From positions 1,888,001 through 1,952,000 of the forward strand of contig OZ240219.1 of assembly GCA_965197645.1 (NCBI GenBank): 64,000 nucleotides of DNA, read 5' to 3'. Source of the DNA: Dehalococcoidia bacterium. Lineage in GTDB: Bacteria; Chloroflexota; Dehalococcoidia; Plut-88900. Of the stretch, positions 19,328-29,840 are shown in pieces; position 1 is the stretch's first letter; each line of letters begins with the position of its first letter. A model generated the notes under the pieces. The model did not search any database. It was not told the DNA's origin and worked only from the letters and a program-made list of their open reading frames with translations. A program made the position numbers and the translations under genes.

Positions 19328-20788
19328 TTGACCATCGACGCCGCCATTCGTGAAGGCCAGGTACTCACCGGGCCGTTGTTCAATGAGCCTATGCGTGTGG
19401 AGACCGTGCGTCCAAACGGTCCTGATTCCGTGGAGGCAGGACTGGTCGGGCAGCGGACCGAGCGGTTTCGGCGGGTTACGTTGACTTCAATAGACCTCGC
19501 GGACTTGACCATCGCCGATGCCACTTGGCCTTATGACGGCGACGGAAGTCTGTTGAAGCTCGGTCTTCAAGCCTATTCCCTCGGCATCGCCCACGAGTTC
19601 GACCCCTACTTCGGCCTATCCATCTCGCGAGTGGACCCGTTACCCCACCAGCTTGAAGCGGTCTACGAATACTTCATGAAGCTCCCCAGCGTGAGGTTTC
19701 TGCTGGCAGACGACGCTGGAGCCGGCAAGACTATTATGGCTGGGTTACTCGTCCGCGAGCTCAAGCTCCGGGGTCTTGCCGAGAGGATACTCGTAGTGTG
19801 CCCGGCGAACCTGGCCTTTCAGTGGCAACGGGAGTTGAAGGAGAAGTTCGATCAACAGTTCCTGGTGTTGAAAGGCGGCGACATCCGCGACCAGTTCGGC
19901 GTCAACCAGTGGCTGAGCCAGAAGCAGGTCATCACGTCCCTAGACCTCGCCAAGCGCGAGGACATCTTGCCGGGATTGAGGCAGGTTCGCTGGGATCTCG
20001 TGATCGTAGATGAGGCGCACCGCATGTCGGCGAGCGACGAGACGCACAAGAGCCAACGTTACAGGCTCGGCGAGCTTCTGAGGGACAGCGCGGACAACTT
20101 GCTGTTGTTGACCGCAACCCCCCATAAGGGTGACCCGCACAACTTCACGCTCTTCCTACAACTCCTCGACCGGGACGCCTACGCCGACGTGAAGTCCATC
20201 CGCGAGGCGATGGAACGGCGACGGGCACCCTTCTATCTACGAAGGACCAAAGAGGCGATGGTCTACTTCCCGGAGCGGCAGCCCGACGGGGCTTGGGCAG
20301 CGCAACCGGTCTTCACCAAGCGGATCACCCGTACGGCCGACTTCGCCATCGATGGAGACGAGTTCAAGCTATACGAGGAGGTCACCAGGTTCGTAAAGAG
20401 GCAGAGCGCACGCGCCGCTGCGCAGGGCGACGACCGGCGCGCCCGCGCGGTCGGGTTCCTCATGTCACTGTACCAGCGGCGGCTCGCCTCCAGCGCCTAC
20501 GCAATGCGCCGGTCGCTGGAGAACCGGGCAAGGCGGCTGGACGAGGGCCTGAAGCAGGCCCAGGACGTGGCGCGGTCGGCACCGCCCGACCTCCCTGATT
20601 TGGAGGATTTGGAGGAGCTGGAAGACGCCGAGCGCGAGCGTCTTGAGCGAATGCTGGAAGCGGTCACGCTGGCCGGCAATGCCGAGGAGATGCTGCCGGC
20701 TCCACCCGGACTGGCGCTCATTCGAACACCGCGATACGCCAATCGCAAGTGTTACAGACCTACCGCCAACCCGCTAAAAGTGAATTAG
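19328..20788 (+). pseudogene. SNF2-family helicase (defence-associated), C-terminally truncated
   Basis: PLPHQLEAV, LLADDAGAGKT, IVDEAH and LTATPH; homology stops near 20690 with no HELICc domain. Confidence 0.8.
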
Positions 20789-21164
20789 TTGGAACGGATG
20801 GTCAAGGAGCGGCCCCTGTAAACCGGCGTTGTCGATGCGGTCAAATGGGGCGGTAGACACCTCAACGACGAAGACCCTTCTGCGGGAACTGGGCATCGAC
20901 AATCACGGGCAAGCGCGGGCTACGACTAAAGGAGAGAGTGTTGTCACCATCGTGGTCTGAAAGAGGACCAAGCCCTCCTGCTAGGGATCAACACGCTAGA
21001 AGGGCCTGGTGTTGGCGGTGGCCCCGGAAACTCATCGGGCTGATTCCCACCCAACATGATCTTGTACTAAAACTCTGCGGCACTTGCCCCGCATCCTCGC
21101 CCCGCACCGAATCGCGTTAGACGTTCGGAGCATCCACCTGTCTCCGCATAATGTCCATTTCTTG

Positions 21165-22133
21165 CTAGACCACCACAATACGAAACTGATGGATCTGAGT
21201 GCCAAAGCTCAGTAAGTCCACCTCCTTCTGTTCTCGCGTGCCAGTATGCAGGATGATCATGTCCACATCGGTGGACTCTCTAACTTTAGGGCGCTCGAAT
21301 ATCCTCAGCCCTCTTCCAATCCGGAATACACTTCCGTCGAAGCGAATGTGCCTGTCGTGAGCGTACTTTCTGAAGTCCGCCTCTTGAAAGAGGAGGACCT
21401 GGACCAATTTGATGCCATTGCCGTTCAGCCTGGCCACCTGCGACCTTATTTTACCCTCGGTGACTTTTGCTCCTTTGGAAGAGGGATCAATGGACGAGTA
21501 AATGGTCACACGACATCTCTTCGCGTCTCGGTCAAGAAAGTTGAATAGGCGAAACAACCCACTTATATTGTTATCCCGTGTGGCGTATTGATCTACAATT
21601 ATGGCTTCCCTTGAAAACTTTGCTATTCTTTGAAATCGCTCCGTCCAGACGTCTCCTATTGCCTCACCAACGCTAATCGCTGTAGTGCTGAGCATTTCTG
21701 AGTTCGAGAATCTCGCGGATACGTCTATATCCCATAACCTGATACCTTCAACTTGCCCAAAATATCTACTCTCGCCGTTGGGTATGTCCAAATCAAAGGC
21801 TCGAGTGTCTTCCAATATAGCGACTTCAAACTCGCTTTCGAATACTGCCAAGGAATCAGAACTGTCTACTTGGTCCCAGTCAAATGAGATGCCATCATTT
21901 GGAATCCATCGGTACGAATTTCCGTTGTTCTTGATCGCCTTCTCCCATGCCATTGTCCAGTGTTTCCTTGGGGCTGGAGCAAGCGCCGCGATCGCCTTTG
22001 CCAAGGCAGGATCGCCTCGTCGAGGGTACACTAGCATTCCAAAGCGTTGCCACCTGTCCAAGAGCCTAATTATGTGTGCGGGGCTCGCAGAGTCATTCAC
22101 CGCTTCGTCTTGAATTGCGAACTGCACCAACAA
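21165..22133 (-). CDS. Hypothetical protein with C-terminal PLD-like (MIT_C-type) nuclease motif
   Basis: IIVDQY ... HDRHIRFDGSVFRIGRGLRIF. Confidence 0.6.
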   Translation of the reverse strand: MLVQFAIQDEAVNDSASPAHIIRLLDRWQRFGMLVYPRRGDPALAKAIAALAPAPRKHWTMAWEKAIKNNGNSYRWIPNDGISFDWDQVDSSDSLAVFESEFEVAILEDTRAFDLDIPNGESRYFGQVEGIRLWDIDVSARFSNSEMLSTTAISVGEAIGDVWTERFQRIAKFSREAIIVDQYATRDNNISGLFRLFNFLDRDAKRCRVTIYSSIDPSSKGAKVTEGKIRSQVARLNGNGIKLVQVLLFQEADFRKYAHDRHIRFDGSVFRIGRGLRIFERPKVRESTDVDMIILHTGTREQKEVDLLSFGTQIHQFRIVVV

Positions 22134-22145
22134 ATGCTCTTCTCC

Positions 22146-23693
22146 CTACGCCATGAGTTCGCCAAAGCCATCCTCGAAAAAGCCATCCGGCCATTCGTCA
22201 ACAAAGTCCCCCTTATCATTGAGACGAAGTCGATATATCGCGCTTCCCTCTGTTTCAGGTGCATTCGGATCCACATAAAGTATCGACACGTCAGAGGGAT
22301 CCAGTGTACCTTCACGGATTCGGCGTTGAAGTCGCAAAATTAGCAATTCGCTGTGGGTCTCAACAATCCACTGCTTTTGGCCCCGACCGGCGATATTCGC
22401 AATCATGAGGTCAGCTAAATGTGCCTGAAGCCTTGGATGGAGGTGAATCTCAGGTTGTTCGACGCAAAGAACGCGGTCTTCACGCCCAGTAAAGAAATCA
22501 ACACCCTCTACAATCACGGGCAAAATCTGATTTATGCCAAATCCGACGTCGGCGAGACTAACAGGCGTTTTCGAGGAGCGGTCGATCAGAACCAGAGCTA
22601 TATGCTCACCTGACACAGCTATATCGCCAAATCTTCTAACGTCCAGTTCATAGGGTATTTGGAATCGCTCGAACCAATCATTCACAATATGGATGAGTCC
22701 AGGCTGATAGTACAACCTGTGATGGGTAAATTCTCCTCTCAACCCTGAAAAGTAGCTATCCACGCCTGGAACCTTGTAGAGTCTTTCTGGATAACTTCTG
22801 AGCGGCCCTAAGTATCTGACCTCGCTGAGTTGGTCTTTGAATGATATCGGCATACCCTTTAAGGCAAGCATCTGCTCCAAATGCAGCGTGCTTTCCAATG
22901 CCTTTAGGAGTTCTGGGTCGGGCTGACGGTTGAGGGCCTCCATTGTCGCTTGCGTTCTAGACAAATCCCTGTCAAGAGGCGGAAGTCTTTCTAGTTCCTC
23001 CTCAGACATGCTAACTAACTCTCTGTAGCGCTGTTGTTGTCGGTCCTGCTCCAACTGCCTGAGTCTTGCGCGCTCTCGAACGAGGCCACGTTCTCGTTCG
23101 GGCAACTGGGCCTCGTTTTGCTCTATCAGACGCTCTAATTCCAACAGCTTCAACTCTGGCAAGAAGCGTAGTTCCAACCCAAAGTCAAGAACCTTGTAGA
23201 TGCCAAACGTGTCCGCGACGGAGACATGAGCGTCCCACCAACTGCCACCAGAGCTGTCCAATCTCGCTTCTGCAAGTAGTGTACCTTCACTGCCGATCTG
23301 ATACGTCACTTCAGACAGAGCTGCGGAATCTTCCAGATACTCTTCTCCTTTGGCATCTATGTCTGTCACGCCATGAAATGACATGTTGGCACTAAGGTAG
23401 GAATCATCGTGCCCATAGGTCATCCTGATGCCAAGTCGCCTCTCTTGGTTGTGGTTGTGGAGCAGAGCGACGTGACTGCCGAGGTCAACGTATTCTCCTC
23501 TCGTGACCAGACCCCAAATCGTGGCAGCGGCTCCGGCTTCCAATGCTGACTGCTTGAGCATCAGAATCGCTTGGATGATTGAACTTTTGCCGCCAGAGTT
23601 GGGACCGTATATGAGGGTTATTTTGGATAGTGGTGCTCTCTGTTCCATGTCACCAAATGCCTTAAAGTTTCTCAACCCAAGTTCAAATAGCAT
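22146..23693 (-). CDS. ABC/AAA ATPase with DUF3696 C-terminus
   Basis: LRNFKAF, GPNSGGKSS, YLGPLR, DVGFGINQILP, EQPEIHLHP, IVETHSE and WPDGFF. Confidence 0.88.
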   Translation of the reverse strand: MLFELGLRNFKAFGDMEQRAPLSKITLIYGPNSGGKSSIIQAILMLKQSALEAGAAATIWGLVTRGEYVDLGSHVALLHNHNQERRLGIRMTYGHDDSYLSANMSFHGVTDIDAKGEEYLEDSAALSEVTYQIGSEGTLLAEARLDSSGGSWWDAHVSVADTFGIYKVLDFGLELRFLPELKLLELERLIEQNEAQLPERERGLVRERARLRQLEQDRQQQRYRELVSMSEEELERLPPLDRDLSRTQATMEALNRQPDPELLKALESTLHLEQMLALKGMPISFKDQLSEVRYLGPLRSYPERLYKVPGVDSYFSGLRGEFTHHRLYYQPGLIHIVNDWFERFQIPYELDVRRFGDIAVSGEHIALVLIDRSSKTPVSLADVGFGINQILPVIVEGVDFFTGREDRVLCVEQPEIHLHPRLQAHLADLMIANIAGRGQKQWIVETHSELLILRLQRRIREGTLDPSDVSILYVDPNAPETEGSAIYRLRLNDKGDFVDEWPDGFFEDGFGELMA

Positions 23694-23957
23694 GGTTTGA
23701 CCCTCACACCGGTATCAGGACTGACTCATTCCCCAGCGTTTCGACTAAAGCTACCACCTAGGTTGGAACTCCTGCAAGTAGAGGTCTGGCGACCGCCCTG
23801 TCTACTACGTTCATTCCGGCGAGCATCCGACATCGTTGCGCTGAATGTTCAATTCCTGTGTGGGGCCAATGATAAATGAGCAGATCACGAACCCTCAAAC
23901 TCCACAGTGTCCCTCGCACTCGTTGCCGAACCCGTCGGCCTGTCCGTCTGCTTCCAA

Positions 23958-24731
23958 CTAGCTCTCGTCATATACGACCGCTTCGTCCAGGGGCCTCCGC
24001 AGCATGTGCAGATAGGGAGTCTTCTGCAGGGCCAGTCCGCCCCGCAACCTGGCGTCGATCTCGACGGCCTCGGCAAAGAGCTCGGGCCACCTGCGCTTGG
24101 TCTCCACCCACCTTGCGCGTGACTGGAAGGGGCAGGCGGCGCAGGCCGAGCGTTCAAGGGGCCTGTCGTACCGGGCCGTCCACCAGTCGGCGAAGTCCCT
24201 CCGGGACATGCCCGCGTCGATGAGCGGGTAGCGGTTCGTTATCCACCGGTCGCGCTAGGTCTTCATGCGGATGGCCTCGTCGGTGGATATGCTCAACCAT
24301 ATCTCGACAGTGGTTCCGGCGGGGACGCGCTGCTTCGGTTTCAGTCCCAGCATATCCCGTATCCTGCGGCGTATGGGCTTGACCTTGTAGTTCTCGGTGC
24401 ACTGCCGCTTGCCGATACCATCTGCCTCGCCATCGCCTCCCTTCAGATAGACTGGGATGTCCACGTAGTTGCGGTGACCCGAGTGGCTGGTGAGGGTCTT
24501 CACGTCCTCGCGGAGGCTGCGCCCGTTGTCCACGACGTACAGGGGGAATCCCAGCCGGTCCCCGAGCCACTCGACGTGCTCGTAGACGCTGGGCGGCTCC
24601 CAATGGGTATCGGCGAAGATGGCGCAGTCCGGCACCCGGCCGAACGCGCCCTCTCGGGCCATGAGGGCCATGACGGAGGACTGGACGCCTCCGCCCAGGC
24701 TGAGCACGGTGAGGGTGGGAGGTGCGTTCAT
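23958..24731 (-). pseudogene. PAPS-reductase/PP-loop family protein interrupted by an in-frame TAG
   Basis: LSLGGGVQSS, FADTHWE, RQCTENYK, MKT*RDRW, YPLIDAGM and RSACAACPF; the two ORF pieces are in the same frame. Confidence 0.75.
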
Positions 24732-24937
24732 TGGGGCTCCTCCCCGCCGCCGTCCTCGGCAGCCTCAGGCAGGGACCCTGCCTCCTTCTTCCGCATGTAG
24801 GAGCGGATGGCCACCCGCGCCCAGATGCGCACGCCCCTGCGGACCAGCCTCCGCTGCTCCGGGGTTAGGGACGCGGGCGGCCAGGCCGGCGAGTCCTCGG
24901 GCCTGTCCTCCTCGTTCTGTCTGCTGGTATCTTTCAT
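24728..24937 (-). CDS. Small hypothetical ICE protein
   Basis: 69 aa ORF whose stop overlaps the next gene's start (ATGA). Confidence 0.5.
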   Translation of the reverse strand: MKDTSRQNEEDRPEDSPAWPPASLTPEQRRLVRRGVRIWARVAIRSYMRKKEAGSLPEAAEDGGGEEPQ

Positions 24938-25007
24938 GGTGCATAGTCGCAGCGGCGGTAGTTGGGCCGCTGGCCTCTCATTGGCGGTGTGCGGCGGGGC
25001 CGTTGGT

Positions 25008-25337
25008 CTAGCTGTCCTCCTTGAAGAAGCTCATCTGGAAGCTCTCGGTAACGAGGATCGCCATCCCTCCGGGTATCCGGGCTGCGAAGCGGAAGATGGC
25101 GTGCATGGCCCAGCCGGAGGGCTGGACGCCGTTGCGCCACCTGTGGACCAGCTTGGGGTCCACGCCGATGGCCCTGGCGAATGCAGCCCACGTGAGGCCG
25201 CTGACCTCGTGCAGCCGTTCGAGGCGCTTGGGGAAGTCCTCCGCCAGCGCGACGGCCTGGAGCACCAGGTCCTGTTCCTCGTCGTCGAACTGTTCCATGG
25301 TCCCGTCGAGACGGGACGAATCGGTTTGGCTAGTCAT
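25008..25337 (-). CDS. XRE-like HTH protein (paralogue of 14637-14972)
   Basis: EDFPKRLERLHEVSGLTWAAFARAIGVDPKLVHRWRNGVQPSG. Confidence 0.75.
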   Translation of the reverse strand: MTSQTDSSRLDGTMEQFDDEEQDLVLQAVALAEDFPKRLERLHEVSGLTWAAFARAIGVDPKLVHRWRNGVQPSGWAMHAIFRFAARIPGGMAILVTESFQMSFFKEDS

Positions 25338-25604
25338 CTCTATCCTCCATCGTGAAGAGTTGGTCGAAGTCGTCGAAGTCCAGGGCTCTGAGCATCCGGC
25401 GGCGGATGCGCCCGGAGGGCGTGCGCCCCGCGTTGACCAGCATCGAGATGTAGCCGGGGCTGACCCCGACCTCCCTGCGAGCCAGTTCTGGGAGCGGTTC
25501 AGCAGTGTGAGCCGCTCCCAGAGGGCCGCCGTGTCGAGCCGGACAACGGTCCGTCCTCCACGCCTCCGGGGGCCTTTCTTCCTGTCTTGGTCTTGTGAAC
25601 GCAT
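25330..25604 (-). pseudogene. Cro-like HTH (paralogue of 14959-15204), frameshifted
   Basis: RSQNWLA, then in another frame EVGVSPGYISMLVNAGRTPSGRIRRRM; 1-nt deletion near 25478. Confidence 0.7.
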
Positions 25605-25670
25605 GGCTTCACGTCTCCTCTGGGGAAGAGAGCGCGAGCCGTCGCGCCGCTTCCCCGTGTCAGTGGTCGG

Positions 25671-27047
25671 TCATTGAGGGGGCATGGCCTGGGGCGACTG
25701 CCAGTCGCCCGGGGAGCGCCATGCGCGTCCCAGCGGCCCCAGCTGCTCGATGGCGGCCTTGTGGGAGACCCACAGGGGCACCGTCAGCCCTCTGGCCTGC
25801 ATCTCCTCCCGCGCCAGGCGCAGGAAGTGGGTCTGGACGATCTCGTCGTCGAAGACGATGAGGACGGAGGGCCGCGTGCCGTGGTCGTCGGTGGGCCGGT
25901 GGGAGGATAAGTAGCGCAGATAGGGGGCGAGGCGCTCGGACATGGTCGAGGGCCGCACGGCCCTTCGCTCCCACTCCAGCAGGAACGGCCATGCGGTTTC
26001 GCCCTGTCTGAGGACGCCGAAGGCGTCGGGGTTGACCGAGCGCATCCCGTCGCCGTGCCTGAAGTGTCGAGAGGCCCTGCGGGGCGGGTCGACCTGGGAG
26101 ACCTCCCACTCCAGGAGGCCCGCCTGCACGGTCATGGCCGCCAGAAAGGAGTGGACGGCGGCGGTGTGCTCGACGTTCCTGAGCAACTGGCGGCTCCTCG
26201 CGCCGGCCACGTTGTCCCAGACGAACGGCGTGCCGGGGAACAGGGGAGCGGCGCTCCAGCGCCTCCTCGCCACGGTCACCGAGGTGCGGTCCCTGCGGGC
26301 CAGGAGCGACAGGGCCCGGTTGGTGAGGGTCATGCGCCCGCTCCCGGCGATGGGCCGGGCGACGAGGCGGAACCCTTCCAGGGGCGTCACCAGCTGGGAC
26401 GCTCTGGGCGGGGACACACCCATGAGTCCGGCCAGGTCCGTCAGGGCGATCCAGGGCCAGTCGGAGATGAGGTAGAGGGCCCGCTTCTCGGCGGGCTTGA
26501 GGGTGGCGGGGAGCAGATAGTCGGAGATCCTCCATCCCGGACCCTCGACGGAGAGGTCGGCGGTGACCGAGGCCATCTGGAGCTCGTCCTCCTCGGGAAG
26601 GGGGATTCCCTCCTCTATCCGGTCGAGGACCGAGCGCAGCTCGACGGAGGCGCTGACGGCGGACGGACTCCACGCCGGGTCGTCCGGCGACGCCGCAACG
26701 GCCGCGCGCTCGACGGCGAGGTAGATGGGCACGGGTGCGCCGGTCAGCGTCCTGCGGACGTGCCGGAGCCGGATGGGGTCGGCCGTCAGCACGAGCACCG
26801 CTCCGGGGAGCTCCCCCTGTCGCAGCCTCCACATCCGGTTGGAGAAGGAGGACCTGTCGGCGGTGAGCCCCTGCCTGACGATGCCGACGGTGCGGCCGCC
26901 GGGGAGCTCGACGGCGGCGTCCAGGGGCGATGCCCTGTACCAGCGGAAGCCTATCGGGTATGCGACGGCGGAGACGGAGACGGCCAGCCGGTAGATGGAT
27001 GCAAGGGAGTCGAGCCGTCCCATCAGGTTGCGCCGCCACTGGGCGGA
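25671..27047 (-). pseudogene. Replication-relaxation family relaxase, N-terminally truncated paralogue of 54355-56025
   Basis: Shares LKPAEKRAL, LLARRDRTSV, PDAFGVLR and LEWERRAVRP; homology starts at SAQWRRNLMG. Confidence 0.75.
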
Positions 27048-28123
27048 GCCGGGGCGGTCGCGCTCCAGCTCAGGAGGACGCCGCCGCCGGGCCCGTCGTC
27101 TCCGGCCAGGTCCGCGGGCGGCGCCAGGGCCGTGACGGTCAGGGTGTCGGAGAGCTCGCTCATCGACCCGGCGGTGCGGGACCGCACGGCATAGACATAG
27201 GTCGCTCCGGCGGAGGCCGTCAGGTCGGTCCAGGACGTGGCCGTGTTTCCGGTGTCGCGCACGAGCGGCGCCAGGGACTCGGCGTCGGGACCCCGCAGGA
27301 TGCGGTACCCCGTGACCTCGCCGGCGGCGGAGCCCTGCGGCTCGTCCCAGCCCAGCGTCACGCGGCCCTCCTCGTCGAAGGAGGAGGCCAGCCCCGGCGG
27401 GGCTGGCAGGTCCGGGTCGACGGCGGGCGCCGCCGTGGTCACGGAGAAGGCGTCCGAATCCGGCCCCGGCCCCAGGTCGTTCAGGGCCGTCACCCTATAG
27501 GCGTAGGTAGTCTCCGGGCTGAGGCCCGCGTCGGCGTACTCGGTGAGGGTGGAGCCGGTGTCGCTCGCTACCGTCTGCTCCGGCCCGTCGCCGGAGGAGC
27601 GCGTGACCCGGTATCCCGTGACCTTCGAGTTCGGGGGGGCCTCCCATCGCAGGGTCGCCCGATCGCCCGTGACCCCGGAGAAGGTCGGGCCGGTGGGCTG
27701 CCCCGGCAGGCCGTACGAGACCCGTCCGGTCACCTCCGCGAAGGGGCCGCTCCACTGCGGTCTGTGCACGGGCCGCAGGTACCGGGCCCGCACCCGCACC
27801 CGGTACTCGGTGTCCTCCTGCAGCCCCCTGATCTTTCTGAACTACAGCGTCGTGTAGTGGTTGAATTCGTCGTCCCGCCACGTGGGGACCGGGTCCCCTA
27901 CCTTGTGCCACACCAGCCTGTAGTCGCTGGGCCGCGGCTCCGTGCCGTCCCACTCGACCAGCAGGATTCCCGGCTCCGGGCTGGACGCCCTGAGCCCGGT
28001 GACCTCTCCCGCGGGCGGGTTCTCGGGCTCCTGGGCCTGCGCCGCCGCGGCGAAGGCCCCGCCGAAGATCGCCACGGCCAGCGCCAGGGCCGCCAGGACG
28101 GCCCACCGCCGGGAGCGCAGCAT
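27048..28123 (-). pseudogene. Secreted fibronectin type III repeat protein with in-frame TAG, truncated by deletion
   Basis: Signal peptide (RRWAVLAALALA...AQA); Fn3 motifs LRWEAP, GLSPETTYAYRVTALN and YVYAVRS; TAG at 27842-27844 is in frame with the downstream part. Confidence 0.75.
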
Positions 28124-28299
28124 TCTTAGACCCCCCAAGGGGGGGAGCCTCTGCCGCGGTCTGAGAGCGAGATTATGGTCAAGGTAGGGTTCCTCCAGTT
28201 ATGGCTTTGCGGAAACAGCGAGCGGGCCGGGGGTTCGGCACGGGTGGCCGCCGGCCCTCTATCTTCAGAAGGCGGTCGAGGCCGGGGGACTCGACGGCG

Positions 28300-28875
28300 G
28301 ACGGAGGGCAGGCGCGGGACGGCGTCGAGGCGGTGAGGATGGCGCAGCGGGTCGAGCCCGACGTCATCGTCATGGACGTGATGATGCCGGGCAAGGACGG
28401 CGTCGACGCCTGCCGGGAGATCATGGAGGAGCTGCCGAACGTCCAGGTGCTGATGCTCACGGCCTCCACAGCAGAGGATGCCGTGATCGAGGCCGTGGCC
28501 GCGGGCGCGACGGGCTACCTGCAGAAGCACTCGGGGCCGGAGGACCTGGCGGTCGCGATTCGGGACCTGGCCCAGGGGCGCCTGCGCATACCGGACCGGT
28601 ACATACGGCGGGTCTTCGCCATGATCAGGGGCCAGCGCGGTCTCGGCGGCGGGCGGACCCTGGAGTCGATAAAAGACCGGGAGAGGGAGATCCTGAGGCT
28701 GTTCGCCGGCGGCAGGTCATACGCGCAGATCGCCGAGACCAGGGGCACCAAGGCCTCGACCATCAAGAACGCGATCTACCGCATCCAGGAGAAGCTGGGG
28801 GTCGAATCCAAGCAAGAGGTCGTCGTCTGGGCGGTGCGAAACGGCCTGCTGGACGAAGCGGAGCAGGCCGGATGA
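28300..28875 (+). pseudogene. NarL/LuxR response regulator, N-terminus missing
   Basis: GQARDGVEAV, PDVIVMDVMMPGKDG, GATGYLQK and LuxR HTH; the first beta strand with the DD motif is absent. Confidence 0.7.
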
Positions 28876-28908
28876 GGACGGTGAGGAGCTCGCGGTCCAG
28901 GGAGCGGC

Positions 28909-29754
28909 ATGCCCATCCCTGAGCGGACACGGTCACGGTGGAGCCATCATCGTGCAGCGACGGCCTTCACGCAGGCGCACGTGCCCATCCGGAAGGCGAT
29001 GGATGAGCACAAGGGGCTGTCGCAGTTCAATTTTGAGGTCTTCCTCCAAGGGTCGTACAAGAACGACACCAATCTCGGTGGGGACAGCGATGTCGACGTG
29101 GTCATGCGGTTGGCCTCGAAGCTCAAACCCCGCATGGCCGTCCCAACAGGGAAGCAGTTAAAGAAAGACGTTTCCCACAAGGTGGCACACCAAAGATGGA
29201 AGTCATTCCATGACGAAGCGTTGAAGGCGATGAGGGCCGCGTATGGTAAGGATGCGAGCAGCGGCCGCAAGACCATCAAGGTCGCGAAGGGCAAGATACA
29301 GGCCGACGCCGACCTCGTGGTGACGCTGAGCTACAGGGAGGGCATAGCATTCTACCTCTCAGACGAGGGACGCTGGGTGGTGAGCTATCCGCAGCAGCAC
29401 CATCAGCGAGGGTCGAAGAAGGAGAAGACCACCGGCGGGCGGTTCAAGAGGGCGGTCCGGATGTTTAAGGCGGCCCGCAACAGGCTGATCGAGAAGAAGG
29501 TTCTCACCAAGGACGACGCGCCCTCCTATTTCATCGAGTGCCTGTTGTATAACGTTCCCGACAGGCTGTTCAAACCGAAGCTGGCGCCGACCTTTACGGG
29601 CATCATCGGCTGGCTGAAGACAGCTGAGCTCGATGGTTTCCAGTGCCAGAACAGGAAGGTGGCGTTGTGCGGGCCTGGAAAGGAGCAGTGGTCGGTGAAG
29701 AAGACGCGGGCGTTCGTCAGGGCGCTGCAGGGTCTGTGGGAGGCGGGGGGGTGA
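28909..29754 (+). CDS. cGAS/DncV-like nucleotidyltransferase (CD-NTase, CdnE-like)
   Basis: FLQGSYKNDTNLGGDSDVDVV, ADLVV, SYPQQH, FKRAVRMFK and APSYFIECLLYNVPD. Confidence 0.88.
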   Translation: MPIPERTRSRWSHHRAATAFTQAHVPIRKAMDEHKGLSQFNFEVFLQGSYKNDTNLGGDSDVDVVMRLASKLKPRMAVPTGKQLKKDVSHKVAHQRWKSFHDEALKAMRAAYGKDASSGRKTIKVAKGKIQADADLVVTLSYREGIAFYLSDEGRWVVSYPQQHHQRGSKKEKTTGGRFKRAVRMFKAARNRLIEKKVLTKDDAPSYFIECLLYNVPDRLFKPKLAPTFTGIIGWLKTAELDGFQCQNRKVALCGPGKEQWSVKKTRAFVRALQGLWEAGG

Positions 29755-29840
29755 GAATGGAAGTCTCCTACGGGCGACCATGGCGTGATAGCGGTTGGGC
29801 TGCTTATCCCAACTGAAGACACCCTTAGGAACGAGAATCC

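Noticed and set aside
19328-20788. DISARM or BREX system
   Set aside because: Only a truncated SNF2 helicase is present; partner genes are absent
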